A stretch of 64,000 nt of DNA from assembly GCA_963823185.1 (NCBI GenBank), contig CAWGKP010000011.1, positions 331,223 through 395,222 of the forward strand. The letters are read 5' to 3'. This DNA is from an uncultured Acidobacteriota bacterium. GTDB lineage: Bacteria > Acidobacteriota > Thermoanaerobaculia > UBA5066 > Gp7-AA6. The notes beneath the pieces were generated by a model that saw nothing but the letters and a program-made list of their open reading frames with translations, did not search any database and had not been told where the DNA came from. The translations under genes were made by a program, and so were the position numbers. Positions 33,808-42,632 of the stretch are shown here, piece by piece. Each line of letters opens with the position of its first letter. The stretch's first letter is position 1.

Positions 33808-35895
33808 ATGGACGTCAAACGCAGCGGTCTTCTGGCGATCGGGATCGCCCTCGCCCTCTCGGGCGCGGCGGCCGGCCAGACCGGCGGCTCGGGGGGCGGC
33901 TACTCGTACATCCGCGAGGCGACCGGCGACGTGCGCGTCGAATCGCGCTACAACGGGACGGTCACGGCCGGACGCAACATGCCGATCTCGGTCGGCGACC
34001 AGATCGTGCTCGCGGACTCGGGCAAGGCGGAGGTGAGTCTCGCCGACCGGACGAATCTCTATTTCGGCGGCGGGACGCGGGCGCGGTTCGATTCGATCCG
34101 CGACCAGCAGGGCGAGGACGACGCGTTCTCGATGGTGCGCCTCGAGGAGGGCTCGCTCATCCTCGCGGCGATGGGACAGGACGACCGCGGCATCCCGCGG
34201 ATCGACACGGACGACGCGACCGTGTACCTGGACCCGGGCGACCGCGCGCGCGTCAACTACGATCCGAACCGCGGAACGGTCGTCATCGGACGCGAAGGGA
34301 CGATCGAGGTGCGCACGCGCGCCGGCAACTACCGCGTGCGCGCCGGCGAGTACCTCATGGTCCGCGGCGAGGAAGAGCCCGAGATCGAGAAGGGCGTGTT
34401 CTCGCGCGACCGCTTCGACCTGTGGGCGGCCGACCGTTTCGACGCCGCGACCACGACGCGCACCGCCTCGGCGAACTCCGTGGACGAGGGATACGCCAAC
34501 GATCTCGTCGCGCTCGACGGCTACGGCAACTGGGACTACAGCGACACGACGGGCTCGAACGTCTGGCGGCCCAACGTGGACAGCGGATGGAGCCCGTACT
34601 CCAACGGAACCTGGTACTACACGCCCGCCGGCCTGACCTGGTGGCCCTACGACCCCTGGGGCTGGTACCCGTTCCACTACGGCAACTGGTTCTTCGACGC
34701 GTCCTGGTCGAGCTGGTGCTGGGCGCCCGCGAACGTCTACTCGCCGGCCTGGGTCTACTGGGCCTATGCGCCCGGCTACGTCGGCTGGTGCCCTGTGGGC
34801 TGGTACTCCTTCTACTCGCCCTGGTGCAACAACTACTACAGGCACTGGGGCTGGACGGGGCGGGGCGGCGTGTACCTCTCGGTCAACGGCCGCTTCAACT
34901 CCCACAACGTGGATTTCCGCGGCTGGAACTTCGCGGGCTCCGGCGGCATCGGCGCCGCCGGCCGCATGGACGTGATCCCCGGCTCGCGCATGGGCGGCCG
35001 GCTCGGCGACACCGTCTCGATCTCCTCGCGGCCGATCGTCGCGCCGGCGCGCCCCGGCGCCGGAGCCGAAGCCGTGCAGAGCTTCGTGCGTGAGGCGCCG
35101 CGCGTGATCGACCGCTCGAGCACGACCGCGGACTCCGACCGCCTGTCTCCGATCATGGCGCGGGAGCGCACGCTCCCCGCGTCCGCGGTCGACGCGCTGC
35201 GCGACCATGCCGTCATCGCCGAACGCGGCCGGCTGGCCGGCCCCGGCGCCGCGGGCATCGCGCCGCGCGGCGCCCTCGTGGATCGCGGGCGGACGCTCGA
35301 TTCGCTCGGACCGGCGCCCGCGATCTCGCGCGCGGACTCGGGCCGGAGCTCGATCCCTTCACGCACCGTCATCCGCGGCGACGCGAACGGCGTCGAGGCC
35401 CGGACGGCGCCGCCGAACGGCGCCTCGGACTCCTGGCGCAACTCGCCGCGCCGCACCTTCGACTCCTCGCGCCCGTCGGCGGATTCCGGAGCCGGCGCCC
35501 GCGCCCAGGCGCGCGACGACTGGCGCGCGCGCCAGCTGAGCGGCGATTCCCCGCAGCCGCGCAACACCGCCCCGCGCGACGGCCTCTCGCGTTCGATCGA
35601 GGACTGGCGCTCCCGCTCGTCGATCCCGCCCGCGCGCCGCGTGGTCGAGGGCTCGGTTCCCAACCGGCGCGATCTCCGGCAGCCGGACAACGCCATGCCG
35701 ACACGCGACGCGGCGCCCCGCTCTTTCCGGTCCGCGCCGCCGCGCGACTATCGCCCGGCGTCTCCGCCGCCCCGCGGCGAGGTGCGCTCCGCTCCCGCTC
35801 CGCGCAGTGAAGTTCGCTCGGCGCCCGCGCCGCGTTCGGCTCCCCCTCCGGCCCCGCGGCCGGCGCCCGCTCCCCACGGCCGCAACCGTTCCTGA
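33808..35895 (+). CDS. Secreted FecR-domain protein with Trp/Tyr-rich DUF6600-like middle region and Arg/Pro/Ser-rich tail
   Basis: An SD (GGAGG) precedes ATG 33808. After the signal peptide comes a FecR-like beta domain (GDVRVESRYNGT..GDQIVLADSGKAEV), then YGNWDYSDTTGSNVWRPN..WYPFHYGNWF. The tail carries EVRSAPAPRS twice. Confidence 0.65.
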   Translation: MDVKRSGLLAIGIALALSGAAAGQTGGSGGGYSYIREATGDVRVESRYNGTVTAGRNMPISVGDQIVLADSGKAEVSLADRTNLYFGGGTRARFDSIRDQQGEDDAFSMVRLEEGSLILAAMGQDDRGIPRIDTDDATVYLDPGDRARVNYDPNRGTVVIGREGTIEVRTRAGNYRVRAGEYLMVRGEEEPEIEKGVFSRDRFDLWAADRFDAATTTRTASANSVDEGYANDLVALDGYGNWDYSDTTGSNVWRPNVDSGWSPYSNGTWYYTPAGLTWWPYDPWGWYPFHYGNWFFDASWSSWCWAPANVYSPAWVYWAYAPGYVGWCPVGWYSFYSPWCNNYYRHWGWTGRGGVYLSVNGRFNSHNVDFRGWNFAGSGGIGAAGRMDVIPGSRMGGRLGDTVSISSRPIVAPARPGAGAEAVQSFVREAPRVIDRSSTTADSDRLSPIMARERTLPASAVDALRDHAVIAERGRLAGPGAAGIAPRGALVDRGRTLDSLGPAPAISRADSGRSSIPSRTVIRGDANGVEARTAPPNGASDSWRNSPRRTFDSSRPSADSGAGARAQARDDWRARQLSGDSPQPRNTAPRDGLSRSIEDWRSRSSIPPARRVVEGSVPNRRDLRQPDNAMPTRDAAPRSFRSAPPRDYRPASPPPRGEVRSAPAPRSEVRSAPAPRSAPPPAPRPAPAPHGRNRS

Positions 35896-35916
35896 TCGTC
35901 GAGCCCCTCTCCTCGT

Positions 35917-35946
35917 GGCCGCGCCTTCGGGCGCGGCTCTTTTTTT
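35917..35946 (+). terminator. Rho-independent terminator after the FecR-like gene
   Basis: GGCCGCGCC-TTCG-GGCGCGGC(T)C is followed by TTTTTTT. Confidence 0.85.
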
Positions 35947-35989
35947 GCGGGCCGGTCCTCGGGCGGTTCGGATCCGGCCGCGTTCTAAA

Positions 35990-36232
35990 ATGAACGCAAT
36001 GTCCCGGCGCCTCGTGACTCTCCTTCCGAGCATGCTGTTCATCTTCTATTGCACGGCGGTCGGCGTGTATCTCGTCCTCCGGCCGTGGTCGCCGGTCCGC
36101 GCGGCGGCGCTGCCTTCCTCCGGATTCCTCCGGGGCTTCATCTCGGGCCTCGGCCTCGTGCATCTCGTGGCCGGCATCGCCGACCTCCGGTCGCTATCGC
36201 GCGAGATCGAGGCGCCGGCCGAGGGCGCATGA
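35990..36232 (+). CDS. Small membrane protein (80 aa, two predicted TM helices)
   Basis: The translation is MNAMSRRLVTLLPSMLFIFYCTAVGVYLVL...GLGLVHLVAGIADL. The stop overlaps the thiE ATG (ATGA). Confidence 0.5.
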   Translation: MNAMSRRLVTLLPSMLFIFYCTAVGVYLVLRPWSPVRAAALPSSGFLRGFISGLGLVHLVAGIADLRSLSREIEAPAEGA

Positions 36233-36840
36233 AGGCGCTTTACGTCACGGACCGGGCCGCGTCGGGAACCGAGCGGCTGAAAGAGGTCCTCGCGGCGCTG
36301 TCGGGAGCGCCGGAGCTCGCGGTGCAGCTGCGGGAGAAAGACGGCTCCGACCGGGTCACCCTCGACCTCGCGCGCCGGTGCCGGGAGTGGCTCGGTGCCG
36401 GCGTCCCGCTCTTCCTCAACCGGCGATTCGATCTCGCGCTCTCGGCCGGCGCCGACGGCGTGCACCTGCCGGCCGACGGGCTGCCGCTCCGGCGCGTGCG
36501 CGCGGCCACGCCGCGGGGATTCCGCATCGGGGTGTCCACGCACTCCGCGGAAGAGGCGCGCGCCGCGATCGCCGACGGCGCGGATCTCGTCCTCATCGGC
36601 CCGATCTTCGACACGCCTTCCAAGCGCGCGTACGGCGCGCCGCTCGGTCCGGCCGTTCTCGCCGGGCTCCCGCCGGCCGCACAGCACGCGAGCGCCGTCT
36701 ACGCGATCGGCGGCGTGGACGAAACGAATCTCGAAGCCCTCGCGCCATATCGCGACCGGATCGCCGGGATCGCGGCCATCCGCCTGTTCCAGGACGCCGC
36801 GGATCCGCGCGCGGTCTGCGACCGGATCGCGGCGAGCTGA
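36229..36840 (+). CDS. thiE: Thiamine-phosphate synthase
   Basis: The sequence includes AVQLREKD, GADGVHLP, IGVSTHS and YAIGG. Confidence 0.8.
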   Translation: MKALYVTDRAASGTERLKEVLAALSGAPELAVQLREKDGSDRVTLDLARRCREWLGAGVPLFLNRRFDLALSAGADGVHLPADGLPLRRVRAATPRGFRIGVSTHSAEEARAAIADGADLVLIGPIFDTPSKRAYGAPLGPAVLAGLPPAAQHASAVYAIGGVDETNLEALAPYRDRIAGIAAIRLFQDAADPRAVCDRIAAS

Positions 36841-36847
36841 CGCCGCC

Positions 36848-37258
36848 ATGCGCATCCGCGTCGGCGTCGATCTGGCCGAGGTCGAACGGGTCGCGGGCGT
36901 TCTCTCGCGGCGCGGCGAGCGATTCCTCGCCCGCGTCTTCGGGCCAGGCGAGATCCTGCGCCGACGCCGGCATCCGCGCGCGTTCGCCGAGCACGTGGCG
37001 GGGCGGTTCGCCGCGAAGGAGGCGGCGATGAAGGCGCTCGGCACGGGTTGGCGCGGGCTGTCGTTTCGCGAGATCTCGATCCGGCGCGACCCGGGTGGCG
37101 GCCCGCGCCTCGTCCTGCTCGGCCGCGCGGCCGAGCGGGCGCGCCGGCTCCGGGTGGTCGACGCGGAGGTGACGATCACGCACACCGCCACGACCGCCGC
37201 CGCCGTGGTCGTTCTCGTGACCGACGAGGCCCCCGGCCGGGACGGCCTCTTCGGATAA
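36848..37258 (+). CDS. acpS: Holo-[acyl-carrier-protein] synthase
   Basis: The sequence includes [27 protein letters not shown] and ITHT. Confidence 0.85.
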   Translation: MRIRVGVDLAEVERVAGVLSRRGERFLARVFGPGEILRRRRHPRAFAEHVAGRFAAKEAAMKALGTGWRGLSFREISIRRDPGGGPRLVLLGRAAERARRLRVVDAEVTITHTATTAAAVVVLVTDEAPGRDGLFG

Positions 37259-37277
37259 ACTCCGCGGTTTCGAGCAC

Positions 37278-40178
37278 ATGGCCGACGCACCCGACTACAA
37301 GGCGACCCTCAATCTCCCGCGCACCGAGTTCCCCATGAAGGCGGACCTGCCGCGGCGGGAGCCGCAGCAGCTCGCCGCCTGGCAGGAGATGAATCTCGAG
37401 GCGAAGCTCCGCGCCGCGTCGGCCGGCCGCCCCCGCTTCCTCCTGCACGACGGCCCGCCCTACGCCAACGGGCCGATCCATCTCGGGACGGCGCTCAACA
37501 AGATCCTGAAGGACCTCGTCGTCCGCAGCCGTTCGCTCGCCGGCTTCGACGCGCCCTACGTGCCCGGATGGGACTGTCACGGTCTCCCGATCGAGCAGAA
37601 GGTGGACAAGAAGCTCGGCTCGAAGAGGAAGGACATGTCGGCCGTCGAGATCCGCCAGGCCTGCCGCGAGTACGCCGAGGGATTCATCGACGTTCAGCGC
37701 GAGCAGTTCCGGCGGCTCGGCGTCGGCGGGCTCTGGGAGCGGCCTTACAAGACGATGAGCTACGGCTACGAGGCCGAGATCGCCCGGGCGTTCGGCGCGT
37801 TCTACGAGAAGAACCTCGTCTTCCAGGCGCTCAAGTCCGTGCGCTGGTGCTTCACGGACCAGACCGCGCTCGCCGAGGCGGAGCTCGAGTACGAAGAGCA
37901 GACCGATCCGGCGATTTCCGTCGGGCTGCCGCTCACGGAACCCGACTCGAAGAAGCTCCTCGATCGCATCGGTTTCTCGGAACCCGGCGCCGGCCGGGCG
38001 CACCTCCTCATCTGGACGACGACCCCGTGGACGATCCCCTCGAATCTCGCGGTCGCCGTCGATCCGGACGCGAGCTACGATCTCTTGCGCCGGGACGGCA
38101 AGCTCTATGTCGTCGCCTCGCCGCTCGCCGCCGCGAACGGCGGATCGTCGGTGAAGACGGGCATCAAAGGCCGCGACCTCATCGGCCTGCGCTACGAGCA
38201 CCCGCTCGGACGCTCCATGCGCGGCGTGCTGACGCCCGAGGAGGAATCGCGCTCCTTCCGCGTCGTCGGCGCCGACTACGTCGCGATGGACACCGGCACG
38301 GGCCTCGTCCACACCGCGCCCGGCCACGGCGAGGACGACTTCCGCACGGGCCAGCGCGAGAACCTGCCGATCCTGTCTCCCGTGGACGCGGGCGGCCGCT
38401 TCACGACGGTCGAGAAGTACCAGGGCAAGAAAGTCCTCGAGGCGAACCCGGAGATCATCGAAGACCTGAAGGCCGCCGGGGCGCTCGTGCACGTGGACCA
38501 CGCGTTCCGCCACGAGTACCCGCACTGCTGGCGCTGCAAGAAGCCGGTCATCTTCCGCGCGACGGTCCAGTGGTTCATCCGCCTCGACGACGAGCGCGTC
38601 AACGTCCGGCAGATGGCGCTCGCGGCGATCCCGAAGGTGCGCTGGGTCCCGGCCTGGGGCGAGCAGCGCATCGCCGGCATGGTCGAGAACCGGCGCGAGT
38701 GGGTCATCTCGCGGCAGCGGCGCTGGGGCTCGCCGATCACGATCCTCTACGCGATGCGCGGCGGCGAGCGCGTCGAGAAATATCCGTGGGCCGACGACCC
38801 GGCCGAGCAGCGCAAGTTCTTCGAGCACGTCGCCGGGATCTTCCGGAAGGAGGGCGGCGACGCCTGGTTCGCGCGGCCGGCCGAGGACTTCCTGCCGCCC
38901 GCCGCGAACCGCCGCGGCCACGCGGAGTTCGCCAAGGAGACGGACATCCTCGACGTCTGGTTCGACTCCGGCGTGTCGCATCTCGCCGTCCTGCGGGAGG
39001 GCGAGTGGCCGGACCTGCGCCCGCGCGACAACGGCAGCGGGCCGCCCGCCGACGTGTACCTCGAGGGGCACGACCAGCACCGCGGCTGGTTCCAGTCGTC
39101 CCTGCTGACCTCGGTGGCGCTCTTCGGCGACGCGCCGTACCGCGCCGTCGTGACGCACGGCTTCTTCCTCGACGCGGGCCGCGCGAAGATGTCGAAATCG
39201 CTCGGCAACGTCATCGACCCCCAGGACCTGATCGCGAAGTACGGCGCCGACATCCTGCGGCTCTGGGTCTCGAGCCTCGACTATCGGGACGACATGCCGA
39301 TCTCCGAGGAGATCCTCGCGCGCTGCGCCGAGGCGTATCGCAAGATCCGCAACACGGCGCGGTACCTGATCTCGAACCTCTACGACTTCGACCCGGCAAA
39401 GGACGCGGTGCCGGCCGACCGCCTGCTGCCGCTCGACCGCTGGGCGCTCGCCGCGACGCGCGAGCTGTCGGACCGGGTGCGTGCGGCGTTCGACCGGTAC
39501 GAGTTCCACCTCGTCTATCACGCGCTCGTCGGCTTCACGGCGACGACGCTCTCGGCGTTCTACCTGGACATCCTCAAGGACCGGCTCTACGCCTCGCGGG
39601 CAGCCTCCCTCGAGCGGCGGTCCGCGCAGACCGCCCTCCATCGCATTGCCCGGGCCGTCGCGACGCTCGCCGCCCCGATCCTCCCCTTCACGGCCGAGGA
39701 GATCTGGAAGGAATTGCCCCCGCCGAAGGAAGAATCGGTGCATCTCTCGCGTTTCGAGACCCTGAGCGACCAGCCCGAGGGCATTCCGTCGCGGGAAGCG
39801 TGGGAACGATTGACCCAGTTGCGTGAGGAAGCGGCCGTGATGCTCGAGCAGGCCCGCCGGGACAAGCAGATCGGCGCGTCCCTCGAGGGGGCCATCCTCC
39901 TGACGCCGTCGGCCGACCTCGACCGCGACCGCGCGGCGACGGGAGCGGAAGGGCCGGGCCTCGCCGACCTCTTCATCGTGTCCGAAACCGCGACGCTGCC
40001 CGACGCCGCGGGCGACGGCTGGACCGAATCGCGCGTCTACCCGGGCCTGCGCCTCAAGTTCCGCAAGGCCGCGGGCCGGCGCTGCGACCGCTGCTGGAAG
40101 GTGACGCCGGAAGCGGAGGGCGAGGGGCTCTGCGAACGGTGCCGGGCGGTGCTCGCTTCCCCGGGCGTCGCCGCGTGA
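37278..40178 (+). CDS. ileS: Isoleucine--tRNA ligase
   Basis: The sequence includes [14 protein letters not shown] (HIGH), KMSKSLGN (KMSKS), and a C-terminal zinc-finger-type pair of Cys motifs: CDRCW...CERC. The 966-aa frame is uninterrupted. Confidence 0.95.
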   Translation: MADAPDYKATLNLPRTEFPMKADLPRREPQQLAAWQEMNLEAKLRAASAGRPRFLLHDGPPYANGPIHLGTALNKILKDLVVRSRSLAGFDAPYVPGWDCHGLPIEQKVDKKLGSKRKDMSAVEIRQACREYAEGFIDVQREQFRRLGVGGLWERPYKTMSYGYEAEIARAFGAFYEKNLVFQALKSVRWCFTDQTALAEAELEYEEQTDPAISVGLPLTEPDSKKLLDRIGFSEPGAGRAHLLIWTTTPWTIPSNLAVAVDPDASYDLLRRDGKLYVVASPLAAANGGSSVKTGIKGRDLIGLRYEHPLGRSMRGVLTPEEESRSFRVVGADYVAMDTGTGLVHTAPGHGEDDFRTGQRENLPILSPVDAGGRFTTVEKYQGKKVLEANPEIIEDLKAAGALVHVDHAFRHEYPHCWRCKKPVIFRATVQWFIRLDDERVNVRQMALAAIPKVRWVPAWGEQRIAGMVENRREWVISRQRRWGSPITILYAMRGGERVEKYPWADDPAEQRKFFEHVAGIFRKEGGDAWFARPAEDFLPPAANRRGHAEFAKETDILDVWFDSGVSHLAVLREGEWPDLRPRDNGSGPPADVYLEGHDQHRGWFQSSLLTSVALFGDAPYRAVVTHGFFLDAGRAKMSKSLGNVIDPQDLIAKYGADILRLWVSSLDYRDDMPISEEILARCAEAYRKIRNTARYLISNLYDFDPAKDAVPADRLLPLDRWALAATRELSDRVRAAFDRYEFHLVYHALVGFTATTLSAFYLDILKDRLYASRAASLERRSAQTALHRIARAVATLAAPILPFTAEEIWKELPPPKEESVHLSRFETLSDQPEGIPSREAWERLTQLREEAAVMLEQARRDKQIGASLEGAILLTPSADLDRDRAATGAEGPGLADLFIVSETATLPDAAGDGWTESRVYPGLRLKFRKAAGRRCDRCWKVTPEAEGEGLCERCRAVLASPGVAA

Positions 40179-40185
40179 GGCGGGC

Positions 40186-40734
40186 ATGAACACAGGAATC
40201 AAGCTGAAGGAGTCCACCCTGTACCGCGCGGCGTACCTCGTCGTGTCGCTCGCCGTCCTGCTCCTCGACCAGTGGACCAAGGGCATCGTCACGCGCGCGT
40301 TCGAGGTCCATCAGTCGACGTCCGTGCTCGCGGGCCTCCTCGACATCACGTACGTTCGCAACAGCGGCGCCGCGTTCGGGCTCTTCGCCTCCGTCGATTC
40401 CTCCGTCAAGGCGATCCTGCTGAACAGCGTCGCGGTCCTCGTCTTCCTCGTCGTGTCGGCCTACGCGCTGCGATCATCGCATCGCTCGATCCGCCTGCAG
40501 GTCGGTTTCGCGCTCATCCTCGGCGGCGCCGTCGGCAACCTGCTCGACCGCGTGCGCTTCGGCTACGTCGTGGACTTCCTCGACTTCTCGATCTCCGGCC
40601 ACCACTGGCCGGCCTTCAACGTCGCCGACTCCGCGATCTGCGTGGGCGTCGGGCTGCTCTTCCTCGACATGCTGCGCAACGAGAGCGAGGGTGCGGCCTC
40701 GGGACCCGAGACCCGAGCCGGCGCCGGGAGCTAA
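40186..40734 (+). CDS. lspA: Lipoprotein signal peptidase (signal peptidase II)
   Basis: The sequence includes YVRNSGAAFG, GNLLDR, VVDFLDF and FNVADSAI. Confidence 0.9.
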   Translation: MNTGIKLKESTLYRAAYLVVSLAVLLLDQWTKGIVTRAFEVHQSTSVLAGLLDITYVRNSGAAFGLFASVDSSVKAILLNSVAVLVFLVVSAYALRSSHRSIRLQVGFALILGGAVGNLLDRVRFGYVVDFLDFSISGHHWPAFNVADSAICVGVGLLFLDMLRNESEGAASGPETRAGAGS

Positions 40735-40737
40735 CCG

Positions 40738-41523
40738 ATTCACCCGCGCCTCATCCAGATCGGCTCGTTCTACCTCCCGACGTACGGCGTCCTGCTCGCC
40801 ATCGCCTACCTGACGGCGATCTGGGTGCTGCGGCGCAAGGCGGCGGCCGAAGGACTGCCCGAGCAGAAGATCCTCGACCTCTCGCTGTACGTGCTCGCCG
40901 CGGCGATCCTCGGTGCGAAGGGACTCCTCGTCGTCGTCGAGTGGCGCCATTACCTCGCGAATCCGCGCGACCTCATCGAGGTCGTGCGCTCCGGCGGCGT
41001 CTTCTTCGGCGGCCTGATCTGCGCCTCGGTCGTGGGGATCGCCTACCTGCGCAAGCACAGGCTGCCGGCCTGGAAAGTCGCCGACATGGCGGCGCCGGCG
41101 ATCGCGCTCGGCGAGGCGATCGGGCGCTGGGGATGCTTCGCGGCCGGCTGCTGCTACGGCAAGCCGTCCGACGGGCCGTTCGCCGTGCGGTTTACCGACC
41201 CGTTCGCGCACCAGGCGGTCGGCACGCCGCTCGACACGCCGCTCCATCCGACGCAGATCTACCTCTCGATCAACGCGTTCGTGATCTTCCTCGTGCTGCA
41301 GTGGGCCTACCGCCGCAAGACCTTCGACGGCGAGGTGTTCTGGCTCTACGTCCTGCTCTATTCGGTGACGCGCGGCATCATCGAGATCTGGCGCGGCGAT
41401 CTCGTCCGGGGCTTCGTGATTCCCGGCGTCCTCTCGACCTCGCAGTTCATCGGCCTGCTCACCGCCGTGGCGGCCGGCGCGATGCTCTTCTACCTGTCGC
41501 GCCGCAGCCGCGCGGAAGCGTGA
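40738..41523 (+). CDS. lgt: Prolipoprotein diacylglyceryl transferase; conserved N-terminus has no canonical start codon (ATT 40738?)
   Basis: The sequence includes (I)HPRLIQIGSFYLPTYGVLLAIAYL, GRWGCFAAGCCYG and HPTQIY. The track ORF begins at GTG 40825, 28 codons into the conserved region. The frame is the same as lspA and opens directly after its TAA. Confidence 0.8.
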   Translation: MHPRLIQIGSFYLPTYGVLLAIAYLTAIWVLRRKAAAEGLPEQKILDLSLYVLAAAILGAKGLLVVVEWRHYLANPRDLIEVVRSGGVFFGGLICASVVGIAYLRKHRLPAWKVADMAAPAIALGEAIGRWGCFAAGCCYGKPSDGPFAVRFTDPFAHQAVGTPLDTPLHPTQIYLSINAFVIFLVLQWAYRRKTFDGEVFWLYVLLYSVTRGIIEIWRGDLVRGFVIPGVLSTSQFIGLLTAVAAGAMLFYLSRRSRAEA

Positions 41524-42494
41524 TCCGCCGGTTTCGCGTCGGCACCCCGTCGGCCGGGACGCGCCTCGACCTCTTCCTCGCCTCGGCCTGCTCGGACCTC
41601 TCGCGCTCCCGCATCCGGAGGCTCATCGAGGAGCGCGCCGTGCGCGTCCGTGGCGCCGGGGCCAAGCCCTCGCAGCTCGTCCGCGCCGGAGACGAGGTCG
41701 AGGTGGAGGTGCCGGAGCCGGTGAAGACGGCTCTGGAGCCCGAGGCGATTCCGCTCGCGATCCTGTACGAGGACGACGACCTCCTCGCGATCGACAAGCC
41801 GCCGGGGCTCGTCGTCCATCCCGCTCCCGGCCACGCCTCGGGCACGCTCGTGAACGCGCTCCTGCACCACGTGCGCGACTGGAAGGGCGTCGGAGGCGTC
41901 GAGCGTCCCGGCATCGTGCACCGCCTGGACCGCGACACGTCGGGCGTGCTCCTCGTCGCGAAGACGGACCGCGCCCACGCGTCCCTCTCGCGCCAGATGA
42001 AGAAGCGCTCGATGCGCAAGGAGTATCTGGCTCTCGCCGCCGGGGTCCCGCGCGTCCGCAAAGGCGAGGTCGCGCTGCCGATCGGGCGCGACCCGCGCGA
42101 CCGCAAGCGCATGAAGGCGTTCCGCGCGGAGCCGGAGCCGCCCTCCGGCACCCGCGAGGCGCGGACGCTGTACGAGATCGAGCGGGACTGGTTCGAGCTC
42201 GGGCTGACCCTCCTGCGCTGCCGCCTCGTGACGGGGCGAACGCACCAGATCCGCGTCCACCTCGCCGCCGCGGGCCTCCCGGTCGTCGGGGACCCGGTCT
42301 ACGGGCGTCCGAGGTACGAGCGCGTCAAGGACGCGGCGCTGAAGAAGCGGCTCCTCGAGTTTCCGCGCCAGGCGCTCCACGCCGAGCGCGTGGGGTTCCG
42401 GCATCCGGCCACGAACGAGCCGGTCGAGATCGCCGCGCCGCTTCCGGCCGATTTCGCGGAGCTCCTCGCGGCGATCGACCGCGCGGGGCGTTAG
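41520..42494 (+). CDS. rluD: 23S rRNA pseudouridine synthase, RluA/RluD family
   Basis: It has an S4-like N-terminus, then LAIDKPPGLVVHP, HRLDRDTSGVLL, KEYLAL and THQIRVH. The GTG start overlaps the lgt stop (GTGA). Confidence 0.88.
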   Translation: MIRRFRVGTPSAGTRLDLFLASACSDLSRSRIRRLIEERAVRVRGAGAKPSQLVRAGDEVEVEVPEPVKTALEPEAIPLAILYEDDDLLAIDKPPGLVVHPAPGHASGTLVNALLHHVRDWKGVGGVERPGIVHRLDRDTSGVLLVAKTDRAHASLSRQMKKRSMRKEYLALAAGVPRVRKGEVALPIGRDPRDRKRMKAFRAEPEPPSGTREARTLYEIERDWFELGLTLLRCRLVTGRTHQIRVHLAAAGLPVVGDPVYGRPRYERVKDAALKKRLLEFPRQALHAERVGFRHPATNEPVEIAAPLPADFAELLAAIDRAGR

Positions 42495-42632
42495 CTCGAG
42501 GCCTTCGGCTGCGGCGGTCGATGACGACCGGCAGCCGAGAGTTTCGGCCCGGAGGGCTCGGGAGCTGCGGCTAGGAAAGCTCGGCCGCCGGTTCGGGGGC
42601 CTCGAGGGCCTCCGACGCGCAGAAGAAACCGG

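Noticed and set aside
36841-37277. Searched for a T-box, TPP riboswitch or leader upstream of ileS, thiE and cysS, by analogy with the trp leader.
   Set aside because: These genes are packed behind upstream cistrons with gaps of 0-20 nt or overlaps. There is no space for a leader structure and no T-box or TPP consensus was seen.
42495-42632. A hairpin (GGCTGC..CGGTCG-ATGA-CGACCG..GCAGCC, about 42509..42538) between convergent rluD and the BNR gene, considered as a bidirectional terminator.
   Set aside because: The stem is imperfect and no U/T tract follows on either strand. It is plausible but not supportable as a terminator call.
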